Below are positions 9,081 to 18,607 of a stretch of 64,000 nt of DNA, in pieces. Both the position numbers and the translations under genes were made by a program. The notes below the pieces were generated by a model. It was not told the DNA's origin. It made no database searches and saw nothing but the letters and a program-made list of their open reading frames with translations. Position 1 is the stretch's first letter. Each line of letters starts with the position of its first letter. The DNA is from an uncultured bacterium (GTDB lineage: Bacteria; Electryoneota; Electryoneia; Electryoneales; Electryoneaceae), in NCBI GenBank assembly GCA_964552465.1, contig CAZKGR010000014.1:14970-78969 (forward strand), read 5' to 3'.

Positions 9081-10937
9081 ATGCGCAGTCCTGCTCCTTC
9101 GGTTACTATCTTTGCAGTATTCCGTAACGTGCACTTTGGGGATAATCTGTTGCACGAGAAATCTGATATCACAGAACCCGCAGCCACTCTCGAGCTGAAG
9201 ACCGGTCAACTCGCGACAGATGCAGACGTGATCAGCGCTCTAGTAACGAGAATGGTCGCCAAGACGATCGACCGGCATCAGCGATTTGATCGCCGTGGAA
9301 TCGTCGATCCGGACTATAACCGGACAAGATTTATCAATCCGCGTTGGCAGGAAAGTTGTTTGCTTCTGGCACTTGCAGGCACCAATCGAGTCTGCCTTCC
9401 GGAAGGTGTCCGCGCGCCTGAGCTGCTTACGGTCGCAGTTCGCATTGTTGATATCTGGTTACGTTCGCAGCAGCGCAATGGATCGGTTTGCACATCTCCC
9501 AACGGCTCGTCTGATCCTCAGGCAACAGCGTATGGATTGTACGCTGTTTCGCGCACGTTACAATTGGTCAGCAACCAGATCCCTACCATCATGCGCACCC
9601 GTGCGATCAAGGGCTTGAAGCGCGCTGCACGGTATCTGCAACATTCACCGGTACCACCAGGCCCAGACACACGTCCCTTGCGTGCAGCCGCTATCAAGGC
9701 GGCAGCTGAATACCTGGGTTCCAGCACGATTGAATCTGTCGCGAACGCAGTAAAGAAAGATGCTGATCGAGTGTTGAGGGATCAGCTTAGCCGTACGCTC
9801 CTTCCAAACGACGCAGGAGCATTCGCGCTGGCTCTGTCATACTTAAACCTGTTCACATCCAACCCAACATCAAGTGATCTGGAACTCTGGGAGGAGATCG
9901 TCAATCGCTGCCGTATGTCGACCACGCCTTCCGGAATAATGGGTGGCGGCGCGGAAACATCGATTGCTTGCCTGCCAGTCATAGCGGGTTTTGGATTAGC
10001 GGCCAAGTCTGTACCAAGCGCCGATCAGCAGGCGGAACTGCTTGAGCGTGCGTGGGCAATGCACTGGTATGATGGTCTAGTTGATGCGAATTCGCCGTGG
10101 CTCACGCCGATGGGTTACTTGATGTTCGAGTATCGGCTGGCAAGACCATACCGGCCATTATCGGACAACCCGTTCCCTCTGGATCGGGATCGGCTACTCG
10201 CTGAAAATGGATCAGGAATCTGGAAGGTTGGCGATTGGTTGATTCGATTGGGTGCTGGGGGAACACTCGGTTGGTTGCATCACCTGCCAAGCGATTCCAC
10301 TCGTTTGTTTGGATCGCCTGTGGGTTCAGCGCTTCGGGAAGGTCCGTGGCAGATGGAAGGTACTCGGATGCGTCACCCGGCGATGACGGGTCGTTTTCAT
10401 GTCATCCAAGATGATTCGTTAACCGTACTCGGCGAACTGCTTTCCACGAACATTCCTGGTGTGTATCGTCTGCCAGCTCGCAGGGGATTGACACGTACCC
10501 AAGGGCGATACAAACGAGACATTATCCGTCTTGCACCACCCCAGCTCAGCACAACCATGAAGATGAGTAATCCGTTGGACTATCGGCGGAAGATTGAGCT
10601 GAAGGATGGGGCATTAACAATTGAAACGACGATTCCCGGTCGGATTACGCACCGCCTTCCGATGATCTGGATCGGTGGACCCTACGGCGAATTGTATATC
10701 GGGAAGGTCAAAGCACGTGTGGGTAACATGCTGCAGGAACGGCGGGTGCGAGAGTTGACGTTCAAGGGTGGATTGTGGCCGGATTGGATTGTGCGCTTTG
10801 ACCGTCCGGTGGATATCCTGTATGAACCTGTAAACGTCGGCTTGGCCAACAGTCCCATGCGCTACCTGAGCGCTGCCTGCGGTGCAGTAGACATCATCAC
10901 AGATGACCGTCTACACATGGCGTGGCGAGTGGAGTAA
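9081..10937 (+). CDS. hypothetical protein (618 aa); weak resemblance to heparinase II/III-like two-domain proteins
   Basis: Long ORF with no strong motif I can name. An alpha-rich N-terminal half and a beta-rich C-terminal half. Start uncertain. Confidence 0.35.
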   Translation: MRSPAPSVTIFAVFRNVHFGDNLLHEKSDITEPAATLELKTGQLATDADVISALVTRMVAKTIDRHQRFDRRGIVDPDYNRTRFINPRWQESCLLLALAGTNRVCLPEGVRAPELLTVAVRIVDIWLRSQQRNGSVCTSPNGSSDPQATAYGLYAVSRTLQLVSNQIPTIMRTRAIKGLKRAARYLQHSPVPPGPDTRPLRAAAIKAAAEYLGSSTIESVANAVKKDADRVLRDQLSRTLLPNDAGAFALALSYLNLFTSNPTSSDLELWEEIVNRCRMSTTPSGIMGGGAETSIACLPVIAGFGLAAKSVPSADQQAELLERAWAMHWYDGLVDANSPWLTPMGYLMFEYRLARPYRPLSDNPFPLDRDRLLAENGSGIWKVGDWLIRLGAGGTLGWLHHLPSDSTRLFGSPVGSALREGPWQMEGTRMRHPAMTGRFHVIQDDSLTVLGELLSTNIPGVYRLPARRGLTRTQGRYKRDIIRLAPPQLSTTMKMSNPLDYRRKIELKDGALTIETTIPGRITHRLPMIWIGGPYGELYIGKVKARVGNMLQERRVRELTFKGGLWPDWIVRFDRPVDILYEPVNVGLANSPMRYLSAACGAVDIITDDRLHMAWRVE

Positions 10938-10956
10938 TATGATCAGACGATGCGAA

Positions 10957-11089
10957 GCACGTCATTCTGAGTCCGCCAGACGCCGGACTCAGAAGGTCGA
11001 ACTACGAGCCGATGACTCAGCTCATGTAGCATACTGTTCTTACCTGGATCTTCTTCACTTCACTACGTTTCGTTCAGAATGACCTGCTG
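10957..11089. repeat. MITE-like intergenic repeat, copy A (about 133 bp) with terminal inverted repeats ACGTCATTCTGA...TCAGAATGACCT
   Basis: About 85 percent identical to 40269..40389. The internal hairpin CTGAGTCCG...CGGACTCAG is kept in copy B by compensatory changes (GTCCGGC...GCCGGAC). Confidence 0.6.
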
Positions 11090-11114
11090 TGCATCAGGAT
11101 TTGTATACCAAGTA

Positions 11115-11140
11115 CAAAACGCCCCATACAGGGCGTTTTG
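11115..11140. terminator. bidirectional intrinsic-terminator hairpin CAAAACGCCCCATACAGGGCGTTTTG
   Basis: Perfect 9-bp GC-rich stem flanked by A/T runs, lying between convergent genes. Confidence 0.6.
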
Positions 11141-11165
11141 TATCATACAATCTGTGCAGATGAAA

Positions 11166-11603
11166 TCACTCTTCTTCTTGTTCTTCCTCTGCTGGAGGGG
11201 CGTACTTACTGGCATTATCCGCCTGCTCGCGGGCTTCGTCGAGACGATCCCGTAGCAGGTCAATGTCCTGCCGCAGCCGTTCTTTCTCGGATTCGTTATG
11301 CTCGCTGTCCTCGCGCAGGCTCTCCACTTCTTCACGCAGAGTTGTGAGTTCCGCCTCAGCCTTTTTCTTCAGACGTTTCATGCGGTTTAGCTCACTCAGC
11401 GTCTGAAGTTGCTGAAATACTGCGATCAGCAGGAAACTGATCATACCGAGCGCGAATGCAACAAACAGAGCGACATACAACGGTATCGGTCCGGAGTGCC
11501 AGTTCAGCAGGGTGATGCCGCTGATTTGGTCCTGATTCTGTAGCGAGAAGCCGAGCACGGCAACGATGATGACAACCAGCACGATCCAGCGAATGATCCA
11601 CAT
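11166..11603 (-). CDS. membrane protein with N-terminal TM segments and a C-terminal coiled coil (LapA/DUF1049-like)
   Basis: Two predicted TM helices followed by a charged coiled-coil region (KRLKKKAEAELTTLREEVESL...). Confidence 0.4.
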   Translation of the reverse strand: MWIIRWIVLVVIIVAVLGFSLQNQDQISGITLLNWHSGPIPLYVALFVAFALGMISFLLIAVFQQLQTLSELNRMKRLKKKAEAELTTLREEVESLREDSEHNESEKERLRQDIDLLRDRLDEAREQADNASKYAPPAEEEQEEE

Positions 11604-11674
11604 AAGCTAATCTCCAACGGGATGAATTACTGATCCCAATCTAACGAGTCAATGACCCCGACTTCTACCGAGGC

Positions 11675-14290
11675 TCAATGTCCACCCATTCCCATGCCTG
11701 GTGGCATCCCACTCGGCATCTGAACATCACCCTCGGGGATTCCATAAACGGTGACAACACCTTCCGCGTTGCTGAACAGCTCGAGCGCTGCTTGCTTAAC
11801 CTCATCGAGCGTGGTATTACCCAGTTGTTCGTAGAGTAGCCATGTCTGGTTAGGATCATCATACATGACAACGTCTGTGCTCAATGCCATCGCGAGGTTA
11901 ATCCGGCTGGAATAGCGGCGGAGCATTGAACCGCGCATGTCATTTCTCGCGATCTCGAGTCGATCTTCGTCAAATCCACCTTGTGCTACGGCAGATAGAT
12001 GTTGGTAGACGATAGCTTGTCCCTCTTCAAGATGTTCTTCAGGAAGTGCAATCAATGCTGTCCAAGCTCCCCATCCATCACGCATCTTTAGACGCGATCC
12101 GGCACTGTATGCCCAGCCCTTTTTCTCGCCGAGGTCACGGTAAATGCGATCTGAAACCATAACATTTGCGAGTAACGCGGCAGCGTGTTTCTCGAGTGGT
12201 AAGTTATCAATCAGGAATCCGGTTGCGAGGAAGCCCTGACGTCCTGACGCGGTCACAGTGTCCACTCCAGGCGAGCTCATTGGTGTATCCTGGAGCGGGA
12301 AACGGGAAGCTGTCGCGGTCAAGCCGTTGAACGCCAGCTCTGCAACTTCGATAATCTGCGAAGCCGGAGCGGGTGCGATCACACTGATCACGATATTTTC
12401 AGCCGCGAACGCATCTTCTCGAAATTCAGCCAACGCAGTCAGGTCAACATCCGTCAAGCTGGTCTCATCGCCATAGATCGGTTGGCTGCTGAGGTGATCA
12501 CCGTAGAGCAGGCTGGTAAACGTCGATGTTGTTTGAGATCTTAGAGATCCGCGTTGACGTTGGGCAATTCTCAACTGTTCATCTGCAGCTTCCTTAACCT
12601 CGGATTCGTCGAGGTCACTGTGCTTGAACCTTTCAGCTACGAATTGCAGCGCTTCTGCCCAATTATCTGACACAGCTTGAACGCGAACGAAGCTATACTC
12701 AGGCACAGTGCGATAGTCATCCATCGGTACGCGAGCATCATCGACGGTGCTCATATCCATACCGATGTCGCCCATACGATCGTCAAGATCATCACCTTCT
12801 TGCAGCAGACGATGCAGCAGATCAACCCAGCCTCGTGTGTTCTCATTTTCCCACGCAGATCGGCCGCTGACAGCGACATGAATCCCAGCGACTGGAGCTC
12901 CCTGGAGCTCACGTGCGACCACTCGCACACCATTGCTCAATCTCTCGTCAACGATTGGGCCCATTGTCAGGCCGGAGTTGCTGCTCTCATCTTCGGTAAT
13001 GAGATACGCGCTGGCGATCCATGATGGATCTTCATACCAGAATCGGTATGCAGATTCCAGGTCTGCGAGCTGTACATTCTTCCGCTCAAGTTCAAAAGTT
13101 TTCCAGAATCCCCAAGGTGCAACGGCCAATTTTGGAACCAGCATGAATGCACCGTACTGAACTTGTTCGGCAAAGAACAATTCACTGCGAGTTCCGTCGC
13201 GGATGGCATTCCTGATAAGCTCAAGCGACGATTCGGCAGGTTTCACTGATTGAATCGCAGCTATCATTGAATCAACAACTGCCTGCGGATCGCTACCCGG
13301 CATCAGGCCTGCGTTTATATCTATCACACTGAAATCTGGATCCTGATCCATCATCGAATAGACGTAGGTTACCATCGGCATTTCGCCGCCGGTAAGCTTC
13401 TCATCGAGGGCATCGTCGAGCAACAAGCTCAGCGCGTTATACGCAGGCATGTCGCCCGCATCAAACCGCGGGCCGGGGATGGTTAATGTCAGCGATCCAC
13501 TACGGGTGGCTCCGTAGGCGACATGGAGCTGGTTGTAACGCCAGTCGTCAAAGCCAGATGGCCAAGCTTCAGTTCTATCCGGTAGATCTTGCGGTACCAG
13601 GTCACCGTAAGTCTGGATGGCCAGTTGTTCCATTTCCGCGAATGTCAGGTCACCCTTGAGTACAAGGGTCATATTATTGACAGCATACCATGTGTCATGG
13701 AAATGCGCGACGTTTTCCGCCGGGATTGCACGAATGCCCTGTACCGTTCCAAGTGTGGAAAAGCCGTAGCTGGTTGGGCTATACACGTTGTGTACGTGTA
13801 TGTTCTCCGCCCGAGTCGAAGATCGTTCCAACCCCTGGTTGATCTCGTTGATCACACGTCCCTTTTCAATCTCCAGCGTATCCGGATCAATGACCGAATT
13901 GAGGATCATGTCCGCCTGGATTTCCATTGACAGGCTGGCGTGTTCAACCGGTGTAACGAGAATGAAATTGGTGTATGTCTTCGATGTTTGAGCGTTGTAG
14001 TACGCGCCCATGCGGTCGAACGAATCGTAGATCTCGTCTTGCGAACGCGTATCGGTACCACGGAAGATCATGTGCTCCAGCAGATGTGTCGCTCCAGCAG
14101 TTGCGAGCGTCTCATTGCCTGATCCAGCGCGTACGATCAGCAGGCTGGAAAGCAGGGGTGTGCTGCCATCAGGCATCATCACCAGGTCGAGCCCGTTCGG
14201 CATGGTCATGCTCCGAACAGTCTGTTCAGCGAGCGCTGGGTTTGATACAAACATCATGATGATGAGAGAAAGCGCAGCCGTTTTTTTCAC
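11675..14290 (-). CDS. M16-family (pitrilysin/insulinase-like) zinc peptidase, tandem M16 units, secreted
   Basis: Signal peptide; HLLEHMIF inverted zinc motif (HxxEH); 871 aa, consistent with two M16 halves. Confidence 0.85.
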   Translation of the reverse strand: MKKTAALSLIIMMFVSNPALAEQTVRSMTMPNGLDLVMMPDGSTPLLSSLLIVRAGSGNETLATAGATHLLEHMIFRGTDTRSQDEIYDSFDRMGAYYNAQTSKTYTNFILVTPVEHASLSMEIQADMILNSVIDPDTLEIEKGRVINEINQGLERSSTRAENIHVHNVYSPTSYGFSTLGTVQGIRAIPAENVAHFHDTWYAVNNMTLVLKGDLTFAEMEQLAIQTYGDLVPQDLPDRTEAWPSGFDDWRYNQLHVAYGATRSGSLTLTIPGPRFDAGDMPAYNALSLLLDDALDEKLTGGEMPMVTYVYSMMDQDPDFSVIDINAGLMPGSDPQAVVDSMIAAIQSVKPAESSLELIRNAIRDGTRSELFFAEQVQYGAFMLVPKLAVAPWGFWKTFELERKNVQLADLESAYRFWYEDPSWIASAYLITEDESSNSGLTMGPIVDERLSNGVRVVARELQGAPVAGIHVAVSGRSAWENENTRGWVDLLHRLLQEGDDLDDRMGDIGMDMSTVDDARVPMDDYRTVPEYSFVRVQAVSDNWAEALQFVAERFKHSDLDESEVKEAADEQLRIAQRQRGSLRSQTTSTFTSLLYGDHLSSQPIYGDETSLTDVDLTALAEFREDAFAAENIVISVIAPAPASQIIEVAELAFNGLTATASRFPLQDTPMSSPGVDTVTASGRQGFLATGFLIDNLPLEKHAAALLANVMVSDRIYRDLGEKKGWAYSAGSRLKMRDGWGAWTALIALPEEHLEEGQAIVYQHLSAVAQGGFDEDRLEIARNDMRGSMLRRYSSRINLAMALSTDVVMYDDPNQTWLLYEQLGNTTLDEVKQAALELFSNAEGVVTVYGIPEGDVQMPSGMPPGMGMGGH

Positions 14291-15354
14291 AGTTTACCTC
14301 CCTGAAAATCTGCTTCACGTACAGTGAAACCCGAGCCTGGTGAGCTGGTTTCAATTACCTGATATTCTGTTTTAAACTTCTCGATCTGAGTTAGAGAACC
14401 GAATACCAGCAAGCGGTCGAAGTCGCGTATGTGTTCATCACCGTTCGGGTGAACGACCAATGTGCCATCCTTGTGGAAGATTGCCATAATCGCGAGACCA
14501 CCAGTATTGTTGAGAAAATCCATCTCGCGGAGTGATTCATCCCCAAAGTTGCTATTCTCTGGAACATCGAGTTGGGTAAGCATCAGGTCGTCACCAAACA
14601 TGCGGCTATAAATATCGATAAAATCTACGATGCCCGGACGTGTCATCAATGATGATATTCGCCGTCCGCTGATTTTGAACGGTAGTTCCACACGGTCAGC
14701 TCCTGCACGCCGCAACTTCGCTTTGCTGTGGTCATCGATGCCCCGCGCGACAATGTGCAGTTTTGGGTTCATTTCTCGGGCTGTGATGGTGACCATCACA
14801 TTTGCTGAGTCACCCGTCAATGCTGCGATCAGCCCATATGCGTTGTAGACACCGGCCTCTTCCAGTGTGTCATCTCTAGAAGCATCGCCTTCAATTACCA
14901 GGTATCCAGCTTCTCGTGCATCGTGCGCGTGACCTGCATCCATTTCCAGAATGCAGAAACTCGCCTTCATTCTCTGCAATTCTTCAGCGACTTCACGCCC
15001 CAGCTTACCATATCCGGCAACAATAATGTGGTCTTTCATCTGCCTGATCTTTCTGTACATCCTACGATGTTTGATCCCGGCCATTACCTGCCCGCTCACG
15101 ATGTAGCTGGTAATTGTGGTTATCGCATACCCACCAACCGAGATGGACATGATGATGAGTCCGATGGTGAGCAAGCGACCACCGTAGGTGAGTGTTTGTA
15201 CCTCACCGAATCCAACGGTACTCATGGTGATGAACGTCATGTACATGGAGTCAAGGATCGGCCATCCTTCAATGAAGGTGTAGCCGATGGTACCAGCTAT
15301 GATCACGAAAAAGATGGAAATAATGCTAAAGGTGAATTTGGTTTTCAAGCCCAT
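14287..15354 (-). CDS. ion channel with a pore helix and an RCK/TrkA-N domain (Kch-like)
   Basis: Two TM helices and the pore sequence TVGFGEV, then a Rossmann GxGxxG (IIVAGYGKLGREV) of an RCK domain. Confidence 0.7.
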   Translation of the reverse strand: MGLKTKFTFSIISIFFVIIAGTIGYTFIEGWPILDSMYMTFITMSTVGFGEVQTLTYGGRLLTIGLIIMSISVGGYAITTITSYIVSGQVMAGIKHRRMYRKIRQMKDHIIVAGYGKLGREVAEELQRMKASFCILEMDAGHAHDAREAGYLVIEGDASRDDTLEEAGVYNAYGLIAALTGDSANVMVTITAREMNPKLHIVARGIDDHSKAKLRRAGADRVELPFKISGRRISSLMTRPGIVDFIDIYSRMFGDDLMLTQLDVPENSNFGDESLREMDFLNNTGGLAIMAIFHKDGTLVVHPNGDEHIRDFDRLLVFGSLTQIEKFKTEYQVIETSSPGSGFTVREADFQGGKL

Positions 15355-15494
15355 GTGATCTGCTCTTCCTCAACCCGAAGTTCTGCCCGACTGAAGATAC
15401 ATCAGGCAGACGCCCGGTGGGAGCTGGTATAAAAGTAAAAGCCCCTGAAAGGGGCTTCAGAACTACGCGTATGATCAAGGAAATCAGGTATAGT

Positions 15495-17393
15495 TCAGCC
15501 TGCATATTGCTTCATTTTTTCGCACACGATTCGTGAATCGATCCGTCCACGCAGCACGTCCATCGCGTGTCCCATCGCCATGCGGAACAGGTTGTCTTCA
15601 CGGCGCGGATTCTCACTTTTTGCCAATTCAACAGCTTCTTCAATAACGCGCATCATCTCGGCTTCATCCACCGAGTCCCATTCGAGCCGCTCGAGCAGTC
15701 TGTCGAGTGACCGTTCGGGTTTTTCCGTCCACGCCTGCAGCAGGTCGAACAGGCCTTCACGGTACACCCGGCCTTCACCCATCGCAATCAGCAAGTCTTC
15801 CATCTGGGCAACGCTTAGCGAATCCACCGGATACTCACGCCGTTGCAGTGCCGTCATCATTCGTGCAAGCAATTCGCCGCTGCGCATTGGATCAACTGTT
15901 CCGTTTCCAGCCAGTTTGTCGTGCAATTGTGCAAACCGAGTTATCGGCAGCAATTCGACGATGTCTTCTGGAAGATTCTGTTCGCGATAAGTCTGTTCAC
16001 GTAACCACGGTGCGACAGGGACGTTCAATCGCGCAGCCTCGACACGTTCTTCGGTGATCTCATGCGGTGGCGAATCAGTATCCGGGTACATCCGGTCTGG
16101 GCCGGGCAGAACACGTTCGAAATCGTTGCGGTTGTTGTTTAAGGCTTGCCGTGTTTCGTTGGGAATCGCGACGATAGCCTGTGCGAACCGGTCACGGATT
16201 TCCTCAGCGGCCGTGTTGGTATCATCTTCTGGTCCCCACACCAGCACCGCAACATCATCATCATTCATATCGAGCTGCGATATGACAAGCTCACGGTCCT
16301 TCTCAATCAGCCCACCAGCTTCACCATCCGTGTGCAGCATGTTCGGAAGCTGATCGAGGCAGGCGACTACGCGTATTTGTCCGGAAATATCATCTGCAAA
16401 AGTTCGGCCTTCCAGTGGCCAGGTTAGGATGCCTTTCGCATTCGGGAACACGACTGCGCGGATTGGATCACGTACTTGCACCGCTGCGGCCAGATCTCGA
16501 TGTGCCGGGTGTGCGGAATCGAGTCGCAGACTAGAGATAGTTCCAGGACGATCACCCGGGTTGAATCCTCGCTTGTGCAGTTCGTCGCGCAACGCAAGCA
16601 GAGCCTGCTGCCGTTTTGCTTCGTAGCTGGTCAACGCAGCGATACGTGATATCGCTGGAACGCCCTTGATCTCGACACGTGTGGTACCGCTAATCGAAAC
16701 GTTAACATCCTGTCGTCCAGCGCCAGCTCCGCGACGAACCATCTGCGTAGCCCGCAGCATGCGTGCGATACGCATTGCAGCCTCTTGGGCTTCTTCTGGA
16801 GTCTCGAGGGTTTTATCAGTAACGACTTCGATCAATGGCATGGACAGACGATCAGCCATGAATACGATCCGGTGACCGGTATCAGAGATTTCACGGCACG
16901 AGTCTTCTTCGAGTCCGAGCTGAATGACACGGACTACTTTTCCGTTGGAGAGGGGAAGCTCGCCGTCAACGCCGACGATAGCCGTACGTTGGAAACCGGC
17001 CGGGATGGAGCCGTCAAGATATTGCTTGCGCAGGATGTGCAGCTCGCCGACGATCTTACAGCCAAACGCGAGCGCTATTGTCAGTGCGATGTCAATAGCT
17101 TCTTCGTTGATCAGGAAGGGGGGAGTGTCGTCCATCTCATAGGTGCAGACTGTCTCACGGTTGAGCCTGTAGATGATTTCCTTCTTCGTCTTGAATTCCA
17201 TCAGCGCGGTGCCGTCATATTCGCCGAGCTCACTGAGGGTGGGGCGCATGTGTCTCAGAACTTCCGCGTGCCAGGCATCGCTGTACTTCCCGGCAGGGCA
17301 GTTGCAGAACAGTTTTTTCTCTGTCATGATCTGGTGATGAATCTCCAGACCGCAAGAGAAACCCAACTGTTTCCACTGATTCCCGTTGCTCAT
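15495..17393 (-). CDS. GatE-like glutamyl-tRNA(Gln) amidotransferase subunit (archaeal-type GatB/GatE family with insertion domain)
   Basis: GLEIHHQI...KLFCNCP N-terminal GatB/E signature; a roughly 150-aa insertion after the cradle domain; a GatB/YqeY-type C-terminal domain (AMGHAMDVLRGRIDSRIVCEKMKQ). Start placed at the ATG at 17393, with AGGAG 9 nt upstream. Length about 632 aa, like GatE rather than the roughly 480-aa GatB. Confidence 0.6.
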   Translation of the reverse strand: MSNGNQWKQLGFSCGLEIHHQIMTEKKLFCNCPAGKYSDAWHAEVLRHMRPTLSELGEYDGTALMEFKTKKEIIYRLNRETVCTYEMDDTPPFLINEEAIDIALTIALAFGCKIVGELHILRKQYLDGSIPAGFQRTAIVGVDGELPLSNGKVVRVIQLGLEEDSCREISDTGHRIVFMADRLSMPLIEVVTDKTLETPEEAQEAAMRIARMLRATQMVRRGAGAGRQDVNVSISGTTRVEIKGVPAISRIAALTSYEAKRQQALLALRDELHKRGFNPGDRPGTISSLRLDSAHPAHRDLAAAVQVRDPIRAVVFPNAKGILTWPLEGRTFADDISGQIRVVACLDQLPNMLHTDGEAGGLIEKDRELVISQLDMNDDDVAVLVWGPEDDTNTAAEEIRDRFAQAIVAIPNETRQALNNNRNDFERVLPGPDRMYPDTDSPPHEITEERVEAARLNVPVAPWLREQTYREQNLPEDIVELLPITRFAQLHDKLAGNGTVDPMRSGELLARMMTALQRREYPVDSLSVAQMEDLLIAMGEGRVYREGLFDLLQAWTEKPERSLDRLLERLEWDSVDEAEMMRVIEEAVELAKSENPRREDNLFRMAMGHAMDVLRGRIDSRIVCEKMKQYAG

Positions 17394-17644
17394 ACCTACA
17401 ACTCCTGAATCCACGCTGGACAGTTCTACTGGAGGATACCACGATTCAACCAGAGTGATGAAGTATAGTGTGTGTGTGGAATTCCTGCAACGATATCCTC
17501 GCGAGACTACAGCGTGTTGGTGCGAGTTCTCATTCGATGAGTGGTGGACTTGCTCGTAACGGTCCTCTGCGCTACTTTGGCATGGCACTTGGCAACAAGA
17601 AGTTGCGTCCTGCCGCAGCCCAATCTCACAATGGAAGTTGTGTC

Positions 17645-18592
17645 ATGCGAATATTGCGTCTTCTCCCAGTTCTTACTCTGCTGCTCACGTTTTTACTACT
17701 CAGTAGTTCTTGCTCTTCCGGTGAAAATAACGAGCCCCGCGAATTCACAATTGTCATGTCTGGCTATTTAATGGGTCAGGTAGATCCGTGCAAATGTCCT
17801 GGGAATCCGATTGGTGGGCATGCTCGCCGGGCGACGGCCATGAACAACGAAGCGAAGCCGGGAAGCGGACTTCTCACTGTAGACGCAGGCAAATGGGTAT
17901 CGCTCGATCAGGATAATGGTGAGCTTGATTCACGGATCACGGCTGCTGTTCTTTCTGAGATTGGCGTGCAGGCAGTGAATGTGACAATGCGTGACGCTCG
18001 CCTTGGTAAGCAGACGCTGCTCGAATTGCGCAAGGAGTATGACCTCCCGTTCTTATCCGCGAATTTGGTCGATACGACGAATCAGAAGCCGCTTTTCCCA
18101 GCCTATGAGATAGTTAAAGTGAAATTCCGGGATGGTGGGTCGTTGGAAGTTGCAGTAATCGGCGTCTGTCGCTCGGGCAGTAGCAACTACATGCCGCCAG
18201 AGACAGGTCTGGAATTTGTCAACTCGGATGAAGTGCTACTTAAGGCTTATAAGAAGGTGATGGACAAGCCGTGCGTGATCATTATTTCAGACGCCGACCG
18301 TTCTGTTGCCGCAAATTGGCTCGGTATGCTTGAGGAAGAGACTGGCAGTCGTCCAGACATGATCCTTTCCAGTAACATGCACCCTGTCCGTACAAACCGT
18401 ATTCTCATTGGAAAAACTCCGATGACAACGGCTGGACGTCAGGGTAAATATCTCGATTTATTGCACGCTTTCCCATTGGATCAGGGTGGGTGGGATGTGC
18501 GCAAGACCGGCATTGAGTTGAATGATGGCATTGCTGATGATCCCCGGATCGTTGACATAATCGCTGAGTTGACATCTCAGGGTGGCGAGTAG
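17645..18592 (+). CDS. hypothetical lipoprotein
   Basis: Signal peptide MRILRLLPVLTLLLTFLLLSSSC ending in a lipobox. No confident domain call. Confidence 0.5.
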   Translation: MRILRLLPVLTLLLTFLLLSSSCSSGENNEPREFTIVMSGYLMGQVDPCKCPGNPIGGHARRATAMNNEAKPGSGLLTVDAGKWVSLDQDNGELDSRITAAVLSEIGVQAVNVTMRDARLGKQTLLELRKEYDLPFLSANLVDTTNQKPLFPAYEIVKVKFRDGGSLEVAVIGVCRSGSSNYMPPETGLEFVNSDEVLLKAYKKVMDKPCVIIISDADRSVAANWLGMLEEETGSRPDMILSSNMHPVRTNRILIGKTPMTTAGRQGKYLDLLHAFPLDQGGWDVRKTGIELNDGIADDPRIVDIIAELTSQGGE

Positions 18593-18607
18593 ACCACTGA
18601 GGAACTG

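Noticed and set aside
16785-17408. 207-aa plus-strand ORF and other plus-strand ORFs (15580..16353) overlapping the GatE-like gene
   Set aside because: They lie antisense to a strongly supported coding frame. No RBS or domain signal. Typical GC-rich antisense artefacts.
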